A stretch of 64,000 bases of DNA from Calditrichia bacterium (lineage in GTDB: Bacteria; Calditrichota; Calditrichia; RBG-13-44-9; J075): contig JBOEGD010000005.1 in NCBI GenBank assembly GCA_050633245.1, positions 32,001 through 96,000 on the forward strand, given 5' to 3'. The notes under the pieces are model-generated. The model worked only from the letters and a program-made list of their open reading frames with translations, was not told where the DNA came from and ran no database searches. A program made the translations under genes and the position numbers. This document shows positions 1 to 9,236 of this stretch, one piece after another. Every line of letters begins with the position of its first letter. Position 1 is the stretch's first letter.

Positions 1-30
1 GAAATTTGAAGGGTTGGAGATTTTGATAAT

Positions 31-100
31 AAAAAACGGCAGCGAAGCAAATCTCGAGAGACTTTTAAATCTCTGTCGGAAAGGATTTGGCTGCTGCCGT
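31..100 (-). terminator. Long GC-closed hairpin followed by T-tract on the minus strand; probable intrinsic terminator
   Basis: ACGGCAGC (36-43) pairs with GCTGCCGT (93-100), inner CAAATC/GATTTG; the A6 at 31-36 reads as T6 after the stem on the minus strand. Confidence 0.5.
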
Positions 101-155
101 CTGAAGTGTGATGTTTTTTATTTAGATTTCAAAATTAGTCGTGTTATTTCTAAAA

Positions 156-283
156 AGACTGCTCCATTCTGACAATGCTCCAATGTGCTCTTTGAAAAAA
201 CAATTCAAAATTTGGCTCTTTTTTTCTAAGTAAGTACGTACGTTCTAGCTCCCAAGACTGCTCCATTCTGACAATGCTCCAGT
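156..283 (+). repeat. Dispersed repeat doublet, core AGACTGCTCCATTCTGACAATGCTCCA(A/G)T at 156-184 and 255-283
   Basis: Two near-identical 29-bp cores 99 bp apart; the same core recurs at 34913, 42585, 42685, 47197, 47297, 50376 and 50482. Confidence 0.95.
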
Positions 284-352
284 GTGGCCTTCGAAAAGTT
301 ATTCAAAACCACCCCCGTATATTTCCTTAATATCCATGCTTTCGTAAAAAAT

Positions 353-568
353 CTATTCATCATCAGACTTAACAGAACCAGATTCAGAACCCTGTGGCAT
401 GTCTCCACCCTCGCAGAGAATGAGCTCGATACTAATTCGCTCACTGATCAGCCTGGCGGTTTGCCAATTTGTTGCAGTCATAATCTGATATCCCTCCCGG
501 ACAAATAGTTCCCTTAGCTTGCGCAGGCGCTGCGAATCTTTATGCACAATCAGAACACGCTGTTTCAC
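353..568 (-). CDS. Small truncated/degenerate receiver (CheY-like) domain protein
   Basis: MKQRVLIVHKD...LRELFVREGYQIMTA...IELILCE resembles the first half of a REC domain without the acidic DD pair and phospho-Asp; AGGAG RBS before the GTG start. Confidence 0.65.
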   Translation of the reverse strand: MKQRVLIVHKDSQRLRKLRELFVREGYQIMTATNWQTARLISERISIELILCEGGDMPQGSESGSVKSDDE

Positions 569-595
569 TGAACAATCTCCTTTTTCTTCTTTATA

Positions 596-612
596 AACAA
601 TGATTGTGCCAG
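596..612 (-). promoter_or_regulatory. Sigma54-like -24/-12 promoter for the 353-568 gene
   Basis: Minus strand CTGGCAC-AATCA-TTGTT (GG-N10-GT, one mismatch to TGGCAC-N5-TTGC); IHF-like TAAGTATTTGTT at 673-684; sigma54 activator gene adjacent. Confidence 0.55.
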
Positions 613-824
613 TTCAGTCAGGTGGCGTGGGACGCAAGGCAGATCTGTAGATGTAATTGCTCTTTCTCTTTTTAAGTATTTGTTCTTTATTGTTTTGTCT
701 GGTTTTGGGGCAGGGCGTTCACCCGCCCAAAAAACTGGACGAGTAAATTCGGTACGAAGCTTAATAGGAGATGTTTGTCCGGGAAATCAGACGATTAAGC
801 TGGGATTGTCTTTTTGGGAAGACA

Positions 825-2564
825 CTATTCGTTGTTCAAGTCCAATTCGTCGAGAAGCTTGTAGAGATACGTTCTATTTACGCCCAGAATGCGTGCGACT
901 TCAGACCTTGATTTTGTCTGTAGCAGAACTCTTTTGATATGGTTTCTTCTAAACGCTTTCTCTGCTTCAGCCAATGTTCCATCTGATGGGAAAGAATCTT
1001 GAAGTGGGGCTCTTTCCAGAAGCTCTGGTGGCAAATCTGTGACGGCAATATTTTCACCTGCGGTTAAAACAACGCAGCGTTGCATCACGTTCTCGAGCTC
1101 GCGAATATTGCCTGGCCACTCGTACGTTTCCAATGCGGCGAGTGCTGCATCTGAAAGTGATAGTTGCTTGCTATCCATTGCGTGTTTTTTTAGAAAAAAC
1201 TCGGCTAATTCCCAAATATCGTCGCGGCGCTTGCGTAGCGGTGGAAGGGTTACTTCAATCACCTTCAAGCGATAATAGAGATCTTCGCGAAAGGTGCCTT
1301 CTGCAACGAGTGCTCCAAGGTTTTTGTTGGTCGCGGCAAGAATACGGATGTCAATCTTACGAGTTTTAATGCTGCCCAATCGCTCGACTTCTCTTTGCTG
1401 AAGCACGCGTAGTAGGCGCGTCTGTAGTGCGCTATCCATTTCACCAATCTCATCCAGAAATAGAGTACCGCCGTCTGCCATTTCTATCTTTCCGGGCTTG
1501 GCTTTCCGGGCACCGGTAAAAGCACCCTGATCGTAGCCGAAAAGCTCGGACTCGAGTAGATCCTTGGGAATAGCTCCGCAATTAATGGCAACAAATCGAC
1601 CGTCGGCCCGAGGGCTGTTTTGATGAATAGCCTGTGCAAAAAGCTCTTTTCCTGTTCCACTTTCCCCAAGGATTAATAAAGATGCCTCGGTTGGAGCAAT
1701 ACGCGAACCAAGACGTAGCAGCTCAAAAAGCACTCTGCTCGATCCAATAATCTCTTCACTCTTAAACTGTCCGCGGAGCTGTTCCAGGGTAAGCGTCGCA
1801 TCGGAGATAAGCTTCTTTTCCAATGCAGAGATTTCTTGCGAGACTTTCAAGCCCCGGCTTATCTGTTGTGCGAAGGATAGTAGGAAAGCTTGATCGGCTT
1901 GCGTAAACGGATTGTTTTTGTTCCGCCTATCTAAATAAACTGCGCCCAAGGTTTTAGAATTCAGCAAGAGTGGTGCGCAGAGAACAGCTTGTATATCCAG
2001 GTGCATAATGCTGTTTTGAGTTGCCAGCGATATATCGTTATGTGTATCATCGACGTGAATTGTTTGCGAATGTTGAGTGGACTGGCGAATGACCGTCATA
2101 CTCATATCGCGAGCGGCCTCGGATTCGGATTCGTCCATGTTTAGGCCAAAGGCATCCTGAAAAGCACCATCCTCGGTTGTTAAAACAATGTAGCCGGCGT
2201 CTGCCTGAAGCTCACGAGTTACGACTTCTATGGCCTTTTGAAGCAACGTGCTACGTTCGGTCTCACTCGAAAATAAGATTCCGGAAGCATAAAGTGTTTC
2301 AAGGCGTTTGTTTTCCGCTTTTAGTGCCTGAAGCTGCTGGCTATCGTTACCTTCAGAAAGTGCCAGCTGTTTTATACTTATATTAATATTGCGGTTTAGG
2401 CTTAAGACATCACTGTATAGCTCCTCAATTTGCTTTGCCGATTTTGCTGCCTGCTCTTCCTTAGCGCTATTTAAAAGGTCGGCAAAGCGAGCCGTCAGCT
2501 CTTTGAAGGATGAATCAACCTGTTGTTCCAACTCGCTACGGATGTCTTGGAAGGATTTTGCCAT
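825..2564 (-). CDS. GAF-domain sigma54-dependent transcriptional activator (bEBP) with N-terminal coiled coil and Fis-type HTH
   Basis: GESGTGKE Walker A, ESELFG, GAFTGA, LFLDEIG, FREDLYYRL, WPGNIREL; GAF motif LCAPL...LGAVYLD; C-terminal ARILGVNRTYLYKLL. Confidence 0.95.
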   Translation of the reverse strand: MAKSFQDIRSELEQQVDSSFKELTARFADLLNSAKEEQAAKSAKQIEELYSDVLSLNRNINISIKQLALSEGNDSQQLQALKAENKRLETLYASGILFSSETERSTLLQKAIEVVTRELQADAGYIVLTTEDGAFQDAFGLNMDESESEAARDMSMTVIRQSTQHSQTIHVDDTHNDISLATQNSIMHLDIQAVLCAPLLLNSKTLGAVYLDRRNKNNPFTQADQAFLLSFAQQISRGLKVSQEISALEKKLISDATLTLEQLRGQFKSEEIIGSSRVLFELLRLGSRIAPTEASLLILGESGTGKELFAQAIHQNSPRADGRFVAINCGAIPKDLLESELFGYDQGAFTGARKAKPGKIEMADGGTLFLDEIGEMDSALQTRLLRVLQQREVERLGSIKTRKIDIRILAATNKNLGALVAEGTFREDLYYRLKVIEVTLPPLRKRRDDIWELAEFFLKKHAMDSKQLSLSDAALAALETYEWPGNIRELENVMQRCVVLTAGENIAVTDLPPELLERAPLQDSFPSDGTLAEAEKAFRRNHIKRVLLQTKSRSEVARILGVNRTYLYKLLDELDLNNE

Positions 2565-2648
2565 AAGCTGTATTCCATTACGTTTTTAAAAGATACGGAC
2601 TGAGTTTTTGAAATCCAACGCCTTGTAGGACTGCCCAATCGTGCGGCT

Positions 2649-4628
2649 CTACAAGGCCTCTTCAACTTCAGCAATTGTCTGATAGCGATCATCAGGATTC
2701 TTCGCTAAACAACGCTCAATTATGGCGTCGAAAGATCCGGCGTCGTCATTGCGCAACAGAGATGCGGATGTTGGAGAATCATTGAAAATAGAATGCATAA
2801 TCGATATTTCATTATCCCCTCGAAAAGGCGACTGATTGGTCAGCAGCTCATAAAGGATGACGCCGAACGAGAAAATATCTGATCGACAGTCAATCTCGCG
2901 ATTGGTTATCTGTTCCGGTGCCGTATAACCAAGCGTGCCGATGATACCGCCGGATGATGTTTGGGTGCGAATTAAGGAAGACTTCGATAAACCAAAGTCC
3001 ATTACGCGAATAGAACCAGAACCATCAAGCATAATGTTTGCCGTTTTCAGATCGCGGTGAATAATATTGCGTCTGTGGATTTCCTTTAGTGCCGAGCAAA
3101 CTTGCAATACTATCTGACGAATTTGCGATAGCGATAGCGGGTGATTCTCCTTTAAGAAGTCGGCAAGTGTTCCACCGGACAAGTATTCCATGGCAATAAA
3201 CTTACGCCCAGCCGATTCTCCAACCTCAAATGCCCGCACAATATTAGGGTGATTGAAAGAGGACAAAATAAACCCCTCACTATTCAGTCGTCGTCTGTTT
3301 TCCTCATCTTCCAACAGTTCATTATGTAGGATTTTGATCGCTACTTCTTTATCAGAGTTTTTATCGGTAGCAAGAAAGACCTTCCCCATACCACCTTCGC
3401 CAAGCAGTTTCTCCAGCCGATAGTGGGAGATAACCTTTGCCTGCCGATCTGCTACATGCCTCCAATAAAGTCTTGATATAGCTGCAAGAATAAAACCGGA
3501 AAGCAAGGTGGTTGTTAACCCGGTTACCGGAACCCAGCTGCTTGTGATGGCAAAGTAGATGTAACAACTAATCCAGATTAGCAGCAATAGCAGCACTGTC
3601 AACAGTAAGCCGCGAGAAGGTCTGAGTAAAAGAGTGCCAAAGACGATCAGCAATGCGATTAGCAGGTAAAGCGCGTAGCTCCATAATTTACTGATATCTT
3701 CCAGATAATTGGTGTGCAGGAACATTAAAAATGAATTGGCATGAACTTCCACCCCCCGCATCAATCTTTCATCGAAAACCGCCGTTGCATAGGGTGTATA
3801 GAAGCGATCTTTTGCCGATTCAACACCTCCACCGATTAAGACCACTCGTTCGCGAAACAGTTCTTTCGGAAGCGGTGTCTTTCCGGTTAACAAGCTGCTG
3901 CGATAGGTTGGAATTGCGCCTTCTTCTGCCTGAATCCAGATGCCGGCAGATGTTCTTTCCCACTTACCCGGAGGACCGACATAGTTCAGCCTTAATTCAT
4001 TATGCATATCTGGCGGTCGAACCGAGCCTTTTCCTTTTCCTGAAAAATGCTGAGCCAGAATCAACCCAATTGCCGGAATGCTATCGCCAGAATCAATAAT
4101 CCATGGCTTGATACCTTTTACCCGACCGAACACACCGCCACCAACTTGTAGCATTGCATGTCCCATGTCATAGAGCTCATCAGCAAACAGTTTTGCGGGC
4201 TTTTGAATAACTGTCGTATCTTCACGGGTCTCTTCAAGACAGATTCCGACAACGTTGTCAGCTCGGCGGAGCGAAGTAGCCAGTAGACTATCACCGGCCG
4301 GATCGGGAACAAAGCGATTTAATAGCGAGATATCCAGCGCGATAACCGCCGCTTTGTATCCATTCAGGCTGTCAATAAGATTTGCGAGATAGCGTCGTGG
4401 AATCGGATCATAATAACCGTACGGGGCAATTGCCGCTTCGTCTACCAGGACAATTGCTGCTTCGTCTACTGATTTCTCCCCAGTGATGGTGCGGAGGGCA
4501 ATGAAGTAGTCCAGTGCTCTGTCGTCATAGCGGCGGGTTGTGTTGTTGGCAAGACTATATAGGCCAAAGAGAATAGCGAGGGCACTTAAAAGCAGGCCTG
4601 TGAGTAAGATTCTAGCCGGACGATTCAT
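2649..4628 (-). CDS. CHASE2 sensor, membrane helices and Hanks-type Ser/Thr kinase
   Basis: CHASE2 motifs IVLVDE, PRRYLANLI, IALDI, DRFYTP, GVEVHAN; three TM helices; kinase motifs LGEGGMGKV, VAIK, HRDLKTAN, DFG, APE. Confidence 0.93.
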   Translation of the reverse strand: MNRPARILLTGLLLSALAILFGLYSLANNTTRRYDDRALDYFIALRTITGEKSVDEAAIVLVDEAAIAPYGYYDPIPRRYLANLIDSLNGYKAAVIALDISLLNRFVPDPAGDSLLATSLRRADNVVGICLEETREDTTVIQKPAKLFADELYDMGHAMLQVGGGVFGRVKGIKPWIIDSGDSIPAIGLILAQHFSGKGKGSVRPPDMHNELRLNYVGPPGKWERTSAGIWIQAEEGAIPTYRSSLLTGKTPLPKELFRERVVLIGGGVESAKDRFYTPYATAVFDERLMRGVEVHANSFLMFLHTNYLEDISKLWSYALYLLIALLIVFGTLLLRPSRGLLLTVLLLLLIWISCYIYFAITSSWVPVTGLTTTLLSGFILAAISRLYWRHVADRQAKVISHYRLEKLLGEGGMGKVFLATDKNSDKEVAIKILHNELLEDEENRRRLNSEGFILSSFNHPNIVRAFEVGESAGRKFIAMEYLSGGTLADFLKENHPLSLSQIRQIVLQVCSALKEIHRRNIIHRDLKTANIMLDGSGSIRVMDFGLSKSSLIRTQTSSGGIIGTLGYTAPEQITNREIDCRSDIFSFGVILYELLTNQSPFRGDNEISIMHSIFNDSPTSASLLRNDDAGSFDAIIERCLAKNPDDRYQTIAEVEEAL

Positions 4629-4636
4629 TTAATAAT

Positions 4637-5572
4637 TTAATCTTCTACAGACACTTTGGCAAACTCTCTGGCATTGAGTGCTGCCGCAGATTTATTTCCC
4701 AGTCTTGTGTTTAGCGTTTCGAGTATCGTATAAACGCCGGGCATTTCGGGATGAGAAACGGCTGCTTGTTGAGCATGATCGAGAGCTGAGTGAAACAAGT
4801 TATAGCGATAATACGCTGCGCTGAGCAAAAAATTAGTCGTCACAAGCTCTCCATTAGCAGGTTTTAGCGACTCGACTTCAAGAATATCCTGTTTTAGATT
4901 GGCGTGTTCTTCGTCTCCCATAATTGAAAAATATACCTTCGCCGATTGACGGCCACTGCTATCACTAATGAACCAGAGATATTGATCTTCTGAGTCTAGC
5001 TTAGGTGCGTTTGATGGATAGGCGAACCAGGTGCCATTAGCCTGTGTTGTGTAAAAAAAGTCACTTACTTCACTTTCTATCGTCAGCGTAAAGGAGCGGC
5101 CATGTATGGTATCAATCCAGCGGAATATCGGTCGAGATTCAAGGATCTTACTTCGCCTCGGGTAGACCGTCGATAGCGTTGTGTCCTCATCCGCAGTCTG
5201 CCAGCGAGTGGTTCCGGCCACAGATTTGGATTTCTCCTTTCCCCAAAGCAAATCGGACACGACTTTGCCGAGTCCGCTTGCCTGCGAATTCTTCTTGCTC
5301 TTTGAGCTGCGAATTTTATGGCTGCCGTTATTTCGCAACACGACTTCCTTCCCGGAATAATAAATAATAACGGCTTTGCCGCTACTCCCGGCCTTAATGT
5401 GATCTCCGTTTTTAAGCTTGCTGCTACTACGGGCTTTGCTCATTATGCCGCCAGATCTAATAGTTACATCGCCCTTGATGGATGAAAAAGCTGCGACGGA
5501 CTGCGCAGAAAGCTCGGCTGGTAATCCCAGAGCCAGGAGCATTATGAAGAATGTCTTGAGTTGTATTCTCAT
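4637..5572 (-). CDS. Exported protein with FecR-like N-terminus, DUF928-like central region and C-terminal TPR
   Basis: Signal peptide ending LSA-Q; IKGDVTI...LKNGDHIKAGSSGKAVI FecR-like; AGTTR linker; P.FRW and Y.W motifs as in DUF928; ORF could start at TTG 5584. Confidence 0.6.
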   Translation of the reverse strand: MRIQLKTFFIMLLALGLPAELSAQSVAAFSSIKGDVTIRSGGIMSKARSSSKLKNGDHIKAGSSGKAVIIYYSGKEVVLRNNGSHKIRSSKSKKNSQASGLGKVVSDLLWGKEKSKSVAGTTRWQTADEDTTLSTVYPRRSKILESRPIFRWIDTIHGRSFTLTIESEVSDFFYTTQANGTWFAYPSNAPKLDSEDQYLWFISDSSGRQSAKVYFSIMGDEEHANLKQDILEVESLKPANGELVTTNFLLSAAYYRYNLFHSALDHAQQAAVSHPEMPGVYTILETLNTRLGNKSAAALNAREFAKVSVED

Positions 5573-5610
5573 CTTGGATCTCAATTATTTCTTTTATTGA
5601 TAGAATGCCT

Positions 5611-8577
5611 TTATTTGCCGATTAGGATGAAAGGAGACCAATAAAATGGTGATGCATACTGTTCATCTTCAATAAGCTTTTGCTTGGCTCGCCGCAGCGA
5701 ATCGGACAATTTCTTCCCTTTGGCAACACGCTCGAAAAAATTAGTCATTAATATTGCTGTAGACTGATCGGAAACCTGCCAGAGTGAGACAGTTAGGTTT
5801 TTTGCCCCCGCATATAAAAATCCGCGGGTTAAGCCAATAATTCCTTCACCACGCACGAGCTTGCCAAGGCCGGTTTCGCACGCACTTAAGACAACCAGTT
5901 CGGCATTTAGATTCAGATTATATACTTCGGAAGAATATAATACAGCATCTTCCTCTGAAGAACTGTCTGCAGCAAGAAGAAGCCCGGAAAGCTGAGGTTG
6001 TTTTTCATTCACAAATCCATGTGTCGCAAAGTGAAGATAACGATATGATGATATATCTGCCGCTTTTATTTTATCCTCATTTGCCTGTTTGTTAAGCAGT
6101 AAGGTACTGCGTTTCTTTTTACGTTTAAAGATATTAGCAACTGCCGATGTTTCTTCTCTTGTCGCAGGTAGTGGTATTACCTTGCCATCACCGCGAAATA
6201 CTGCTGATGAATCCAGTGAGCGAACAGCTGCCAGAAAGTTGTTTTTGGATTGGAGTGTATCCGATTCATCCTCAAAGCCGGGTGCGAAGGCTAAATATCC
6301 AGAGGTCTTTTCTTGTCGACGCTGTTGGGTTTCTATCATCAGTCTCGCAGAGTAGCCATAGCCAATTGTTACCTCATGAATCAGATAGTCCAACGAAGTA
6401 AATTCTGCGTTCCGTTTGGCCGGTTGTGTTAGCAGTGCTTCAAATGGTAAATAGCCAAGAATGCCATCCGGAATAATTTGAAGGTGCTTTTTCTTTTTGA
6501 GGAGCGGCTGAAGAGGTTTGAGCAAGGTGGTGTAAAGCCGATTAGCGTAGCGGGCATATAAATTAATATCGTCGCGCACTAATCCGGAACGCATGAGTTT
6601 AACCTGTTTATCCAGATCTGCCGGCTTTTTAAGCTGAAATGCTTCGACGTTTTTGCGAGTAATTACAAAGGCGTAAATTGTACTGTCGCCAAGCATATAT
6701 TCAATCAGTGCGTCTTTTTTCCCGACCAGGTGTTTTCTTACATCGGAAACTTTCACATCGTTTGTCTGATATTTTAAATTATAGTACTGCGGATATTCTT
6801 TCTCCAGCCTGGCGGTCAATTTATCCAAGTCCAGCTTCAGCTTAAAGAGGCGGTCTTTCCATCCCGGTAATCGCAGCGAATCTACTTTGGCGCCTTTTTC
6901 CTGAGACTGCAAGACCCGTTGATTGAGTGCAGCCAGTTCGAAACGAATGGTTCGTTCTTTTTCAAGTAAAGTGTCTGGAATATTGGCAAAGCGCTTTGCT
7001 TCTACATCACTCAGTGCTTCAAGAAGTGTCCCCGACTTATTCTTTTCTGCGAACAGAAAGGCCTTTTCAGTAAAAGAATCGTCATTCGTAACCTGCGCTA
7101 ATTCAAGGGCCGTTTGTAATGCGCCATCGAAGGTCGTAGCAGATTGTTTTCCCAAAAACAGTTTAGAACCTTCTGCCTTAAAACCACTTCGCAGCGATTC
7201 TACAAAACCTCCTATGCGCTCATAGGTTGCGAGTGAAAGACGAAGATCCGGTAGATTCTGTGTCTCTTTATAACGCTTTCGAAGAAGAGTGGCCTTTTGT
7301 GTCATGTTTTCCAGCACCTTTTGTTCAGAAATAGTTTCTTCTTCGCCGGGGTTTTTTGCCAAATCCATATCGTCAAAGGAATAGGACAACGCACCAAGTG
7401 CTTTTTGATACTCTACCAGGGCTTCATCGAGTTTTCCCTGATGTTCGTACATCTCCCCGTATTTTTCAAACCCTTCAGCAATAAGCTCATGAACCGATCC
7501 ATAAAGCTCATCACGCATGCTTTTTGCCAGTTCAAAGTAGTGTGTCGCACTATCATAATCTGATTGGTGATAGGCAATAGCACCTAAACTAAGTTGAGCA
7601 TAAGAGACATATGGATGGTCTTCTCCGTAGGTGTCACTGTACCGTTTAAGAGCTTCGGTAAAATAAACTTTTGCAGTATCGTATTTAGCCATATCGTAAT
7701 AGACAATGCCAAGATTATAGTGCCCTGATGATCCGCTCGCCGAATTACCATAGACATCCAATGCAATTTTGAAATGGGAAATTGCTTTTTTGAACTCGCC
7801 CATTTCGCGATAGGTATTAGCAAAATTATTGTTGATGTAACCGACGTAGGGGTGTTTGTCGCCAAAATTTATCTTAATAAGCTCAAGCGTCTTTCCGTAA
7901 TAGTCCAGGGCGCGGTTGTAGTCACCACGATTATAGCTGACAATACCCAGGTTGTTATAGCTGGCCATGATATGCGGATGGGTTTCCGGTAGTGCATTTA
8001 TTCTGATCTCTAACGCTTTCTCGAAATAGACCAGCGCATTCGTAAAGTCATCCATATCGCCATAGCTTACCCCGATATTGTTCATTACCGCCGCTACATC
8101 AACGTGATTCTCTCCATAGGCTTTGCGCCGGATTGCCAGAGCTTTGTTTAAATACTCAAAGGATGTGGCGTAATCAGCCCAGTCTTGATAGAGAGAACCG
8201 ATGTTATTATACGCTGTCCCCAGCTGAATATGATCTTCTCCCAGAAGAGGAATAGCTTCTTCTATTGATTCCAGCAATACCTGCTCGGAAGAATCCAGTT
8301 TCTGCACCATTTGCAAATTCCCGCCGACAAAAATTTTGCATTGCATATAGGGCGACCATGCTTCAGTAAGGCCTTTTTCTGCAGCCTGTTTAAAAAGATC
8401 TCGAGCTTCGAAATAGAGCATGTTAGAGCTATCCATTTTTGATGCGCTTGCTAAAGCTTTGGCCTGTTTAAATAACGACCATGCTTTTGCTGTATCAGCG
8501 GCAGCTTCGTCCGCCTGGCAAATTGTCGAAGAGAACAAAACGGCAGATAACAAGAGAAGCAATGTCGATCGAATCAT
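5611..8577 (-). CDS. Exported TPR-repeat CHAT (caspase-like) protease
   Basis: Signal peptide; repeated TPRs (HPHIMASYNNLGIV...ALDYY); CHAT motifs IIPDGILGYLPFEAL, HFATHG (His), LSACETG (Cys), SLWQVSD, PFYWSPF. Confidence 0.95.
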   Translation of the reverse strand: MIRSTLLLLLSAVLFSSTICQADEAAADTAKAWSLFKQAKALASASKMDSSNMLYFEARDLFKQAAEKGLTEAWSPYMQCKIFVGGNLQMVQKLDSSEQVLLESIEEAIPLLGEDHIQLGTAYNNIGSLYQDWADYATSFEYLNKALAIRRKAYGENHVDVAAVMNNIGVSYGDMDDFTNALVYFEKALEIRINALPETHPHIMASYNNLGIVSYNRGDYNRALDYYGKTLELIKINFGDKHPYVGYINNNFANTYREMGEFKKAISHFKIALDVYGNSASGSSGHYNLGIVYYDMAKYDTAKVYFTEALKRYSDTYGEDHPYVSYAQLSLGAIAYHQSDYDSATHYFELAKSMRDELYGSVHELIAEGFEKYGEMYEHQGKLDEALVEYQKALGALSYSFDDMDLAKNPGEEETISEQKVLENMTQKATLLRKRYKETQNLPDLRLSLATYERIGGFVESLRSGFKAEGSKLFLGKQSATTFDGALQTALELAQVTNDDSFTEKAFLFAEKNKSGTLLEALSDVEAKRFANIPDTLLEKERTIRFELAALNQRVLQSQEKGAKVDSLRLPGWKDRLFKLKLDLDKLTARLEKEYPQYYNLKYQTNDVKVSDVRKHLVGKKDALIEYMLGDSTIYAFVITRKNVEAFQLKKPADLDKQVKLMRSGLVRDDINLYARYANRLYTTLLKPLQPLLKKKKHLQIIPDGILGYLPFEALLTQPAKRNAEFTSLDYLIHEVTIGYGYSARLMIETQQRRQEKTSGYLAFAPGFEDESDTLQSKNNFLAAVRSLDSSAVFRGDGKVIPLPATREETSAVANIFKRKKKRSTLLLNKQANEDKIKAADISSYRYLHFATHGFVNEKQPQLSGLLLAADSSSEEDAVLYSSEVYNLNLNAELVVLSACETGLGKLVRGEGIIGLTRGFLYAGAKNLTVSLWQVSDQSTAILMTNFFERVAKGKKLSDSLRRAKQKLIEDEQYASPFYWSPFILIGK

Positions 8578-9015
8578 GAGAACACTTCCTTTCTGATAAA
8601 ACGCATAACGGCACCTTTCATGCGGTGAAAAACAAGTTGCCTGATATCAAGATCAAACATTGTACCAAAAAAATAAAACAAACGCGTCAAGAAATAATGG
8701 CGAGGTTTTAGTCTTTGCCATTGTAAATAAACGACTTATAGAAGATGTGTTGCCGGGTTCCAGGTTGAACGGCTCTGCAGTCGGGGCGTACTGCTGAGAG
8801 ATTGTCGCAAAAAACGGACAGTTTGTCTTTTCCATAAGACACTAAAGCGAAATACAGGTATCCTCACACAATAAATTATACGATTTCTGAATCACTTATT
8901 CAAGTCGGTAGGCTCTATATGGTTTCGTTTCAAACCGTACGGCGGGTTATGTGATCCGCGCAACTACAACAGAGACGCTCAGCGACTTTATTTTTAACAG
9001 GTCTTAAGAACAAGT

Positions 9016-9117
9016 CTGTCCGGCACCGACCTCCCGCACGGACAGCACCGGGGACACGGAGCGTCCCTCATTCAATACGCAGCACAAAAGAGCATTGGGA
9101 CATGAAGGGTCCCCGGT
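9016..9117. repeat. Cluster of GC-rich hairpins, including a GGGACAYGRAGSGTCCC doublet; REP-like
   Basis: CTGTCCG/CGGACAG stem 9016-9045; ACCGGGGAC 9047-9055 pairs with GTCCCCGGT 9109-9117. Confidence 0.5.
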
Positions 9118-9236
9118 AGTTCTTTTTAGACCTGAAAAACCCGTCCTGTTGCTCCGTAATTATTTCAGATTGTAGCCAGTGATTTTTGGTGCTATTTTTA
9201 GCGCCACAAACGAATCACTTATATCATTGGCAGACT

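Noticed and set aside
5611-8577. TPR-CHAT as a Craspase (Csx29) or other CRISPR-linked protease
   Set aside because: It has a signal peptide and there is no type III CRISPR locus in the window
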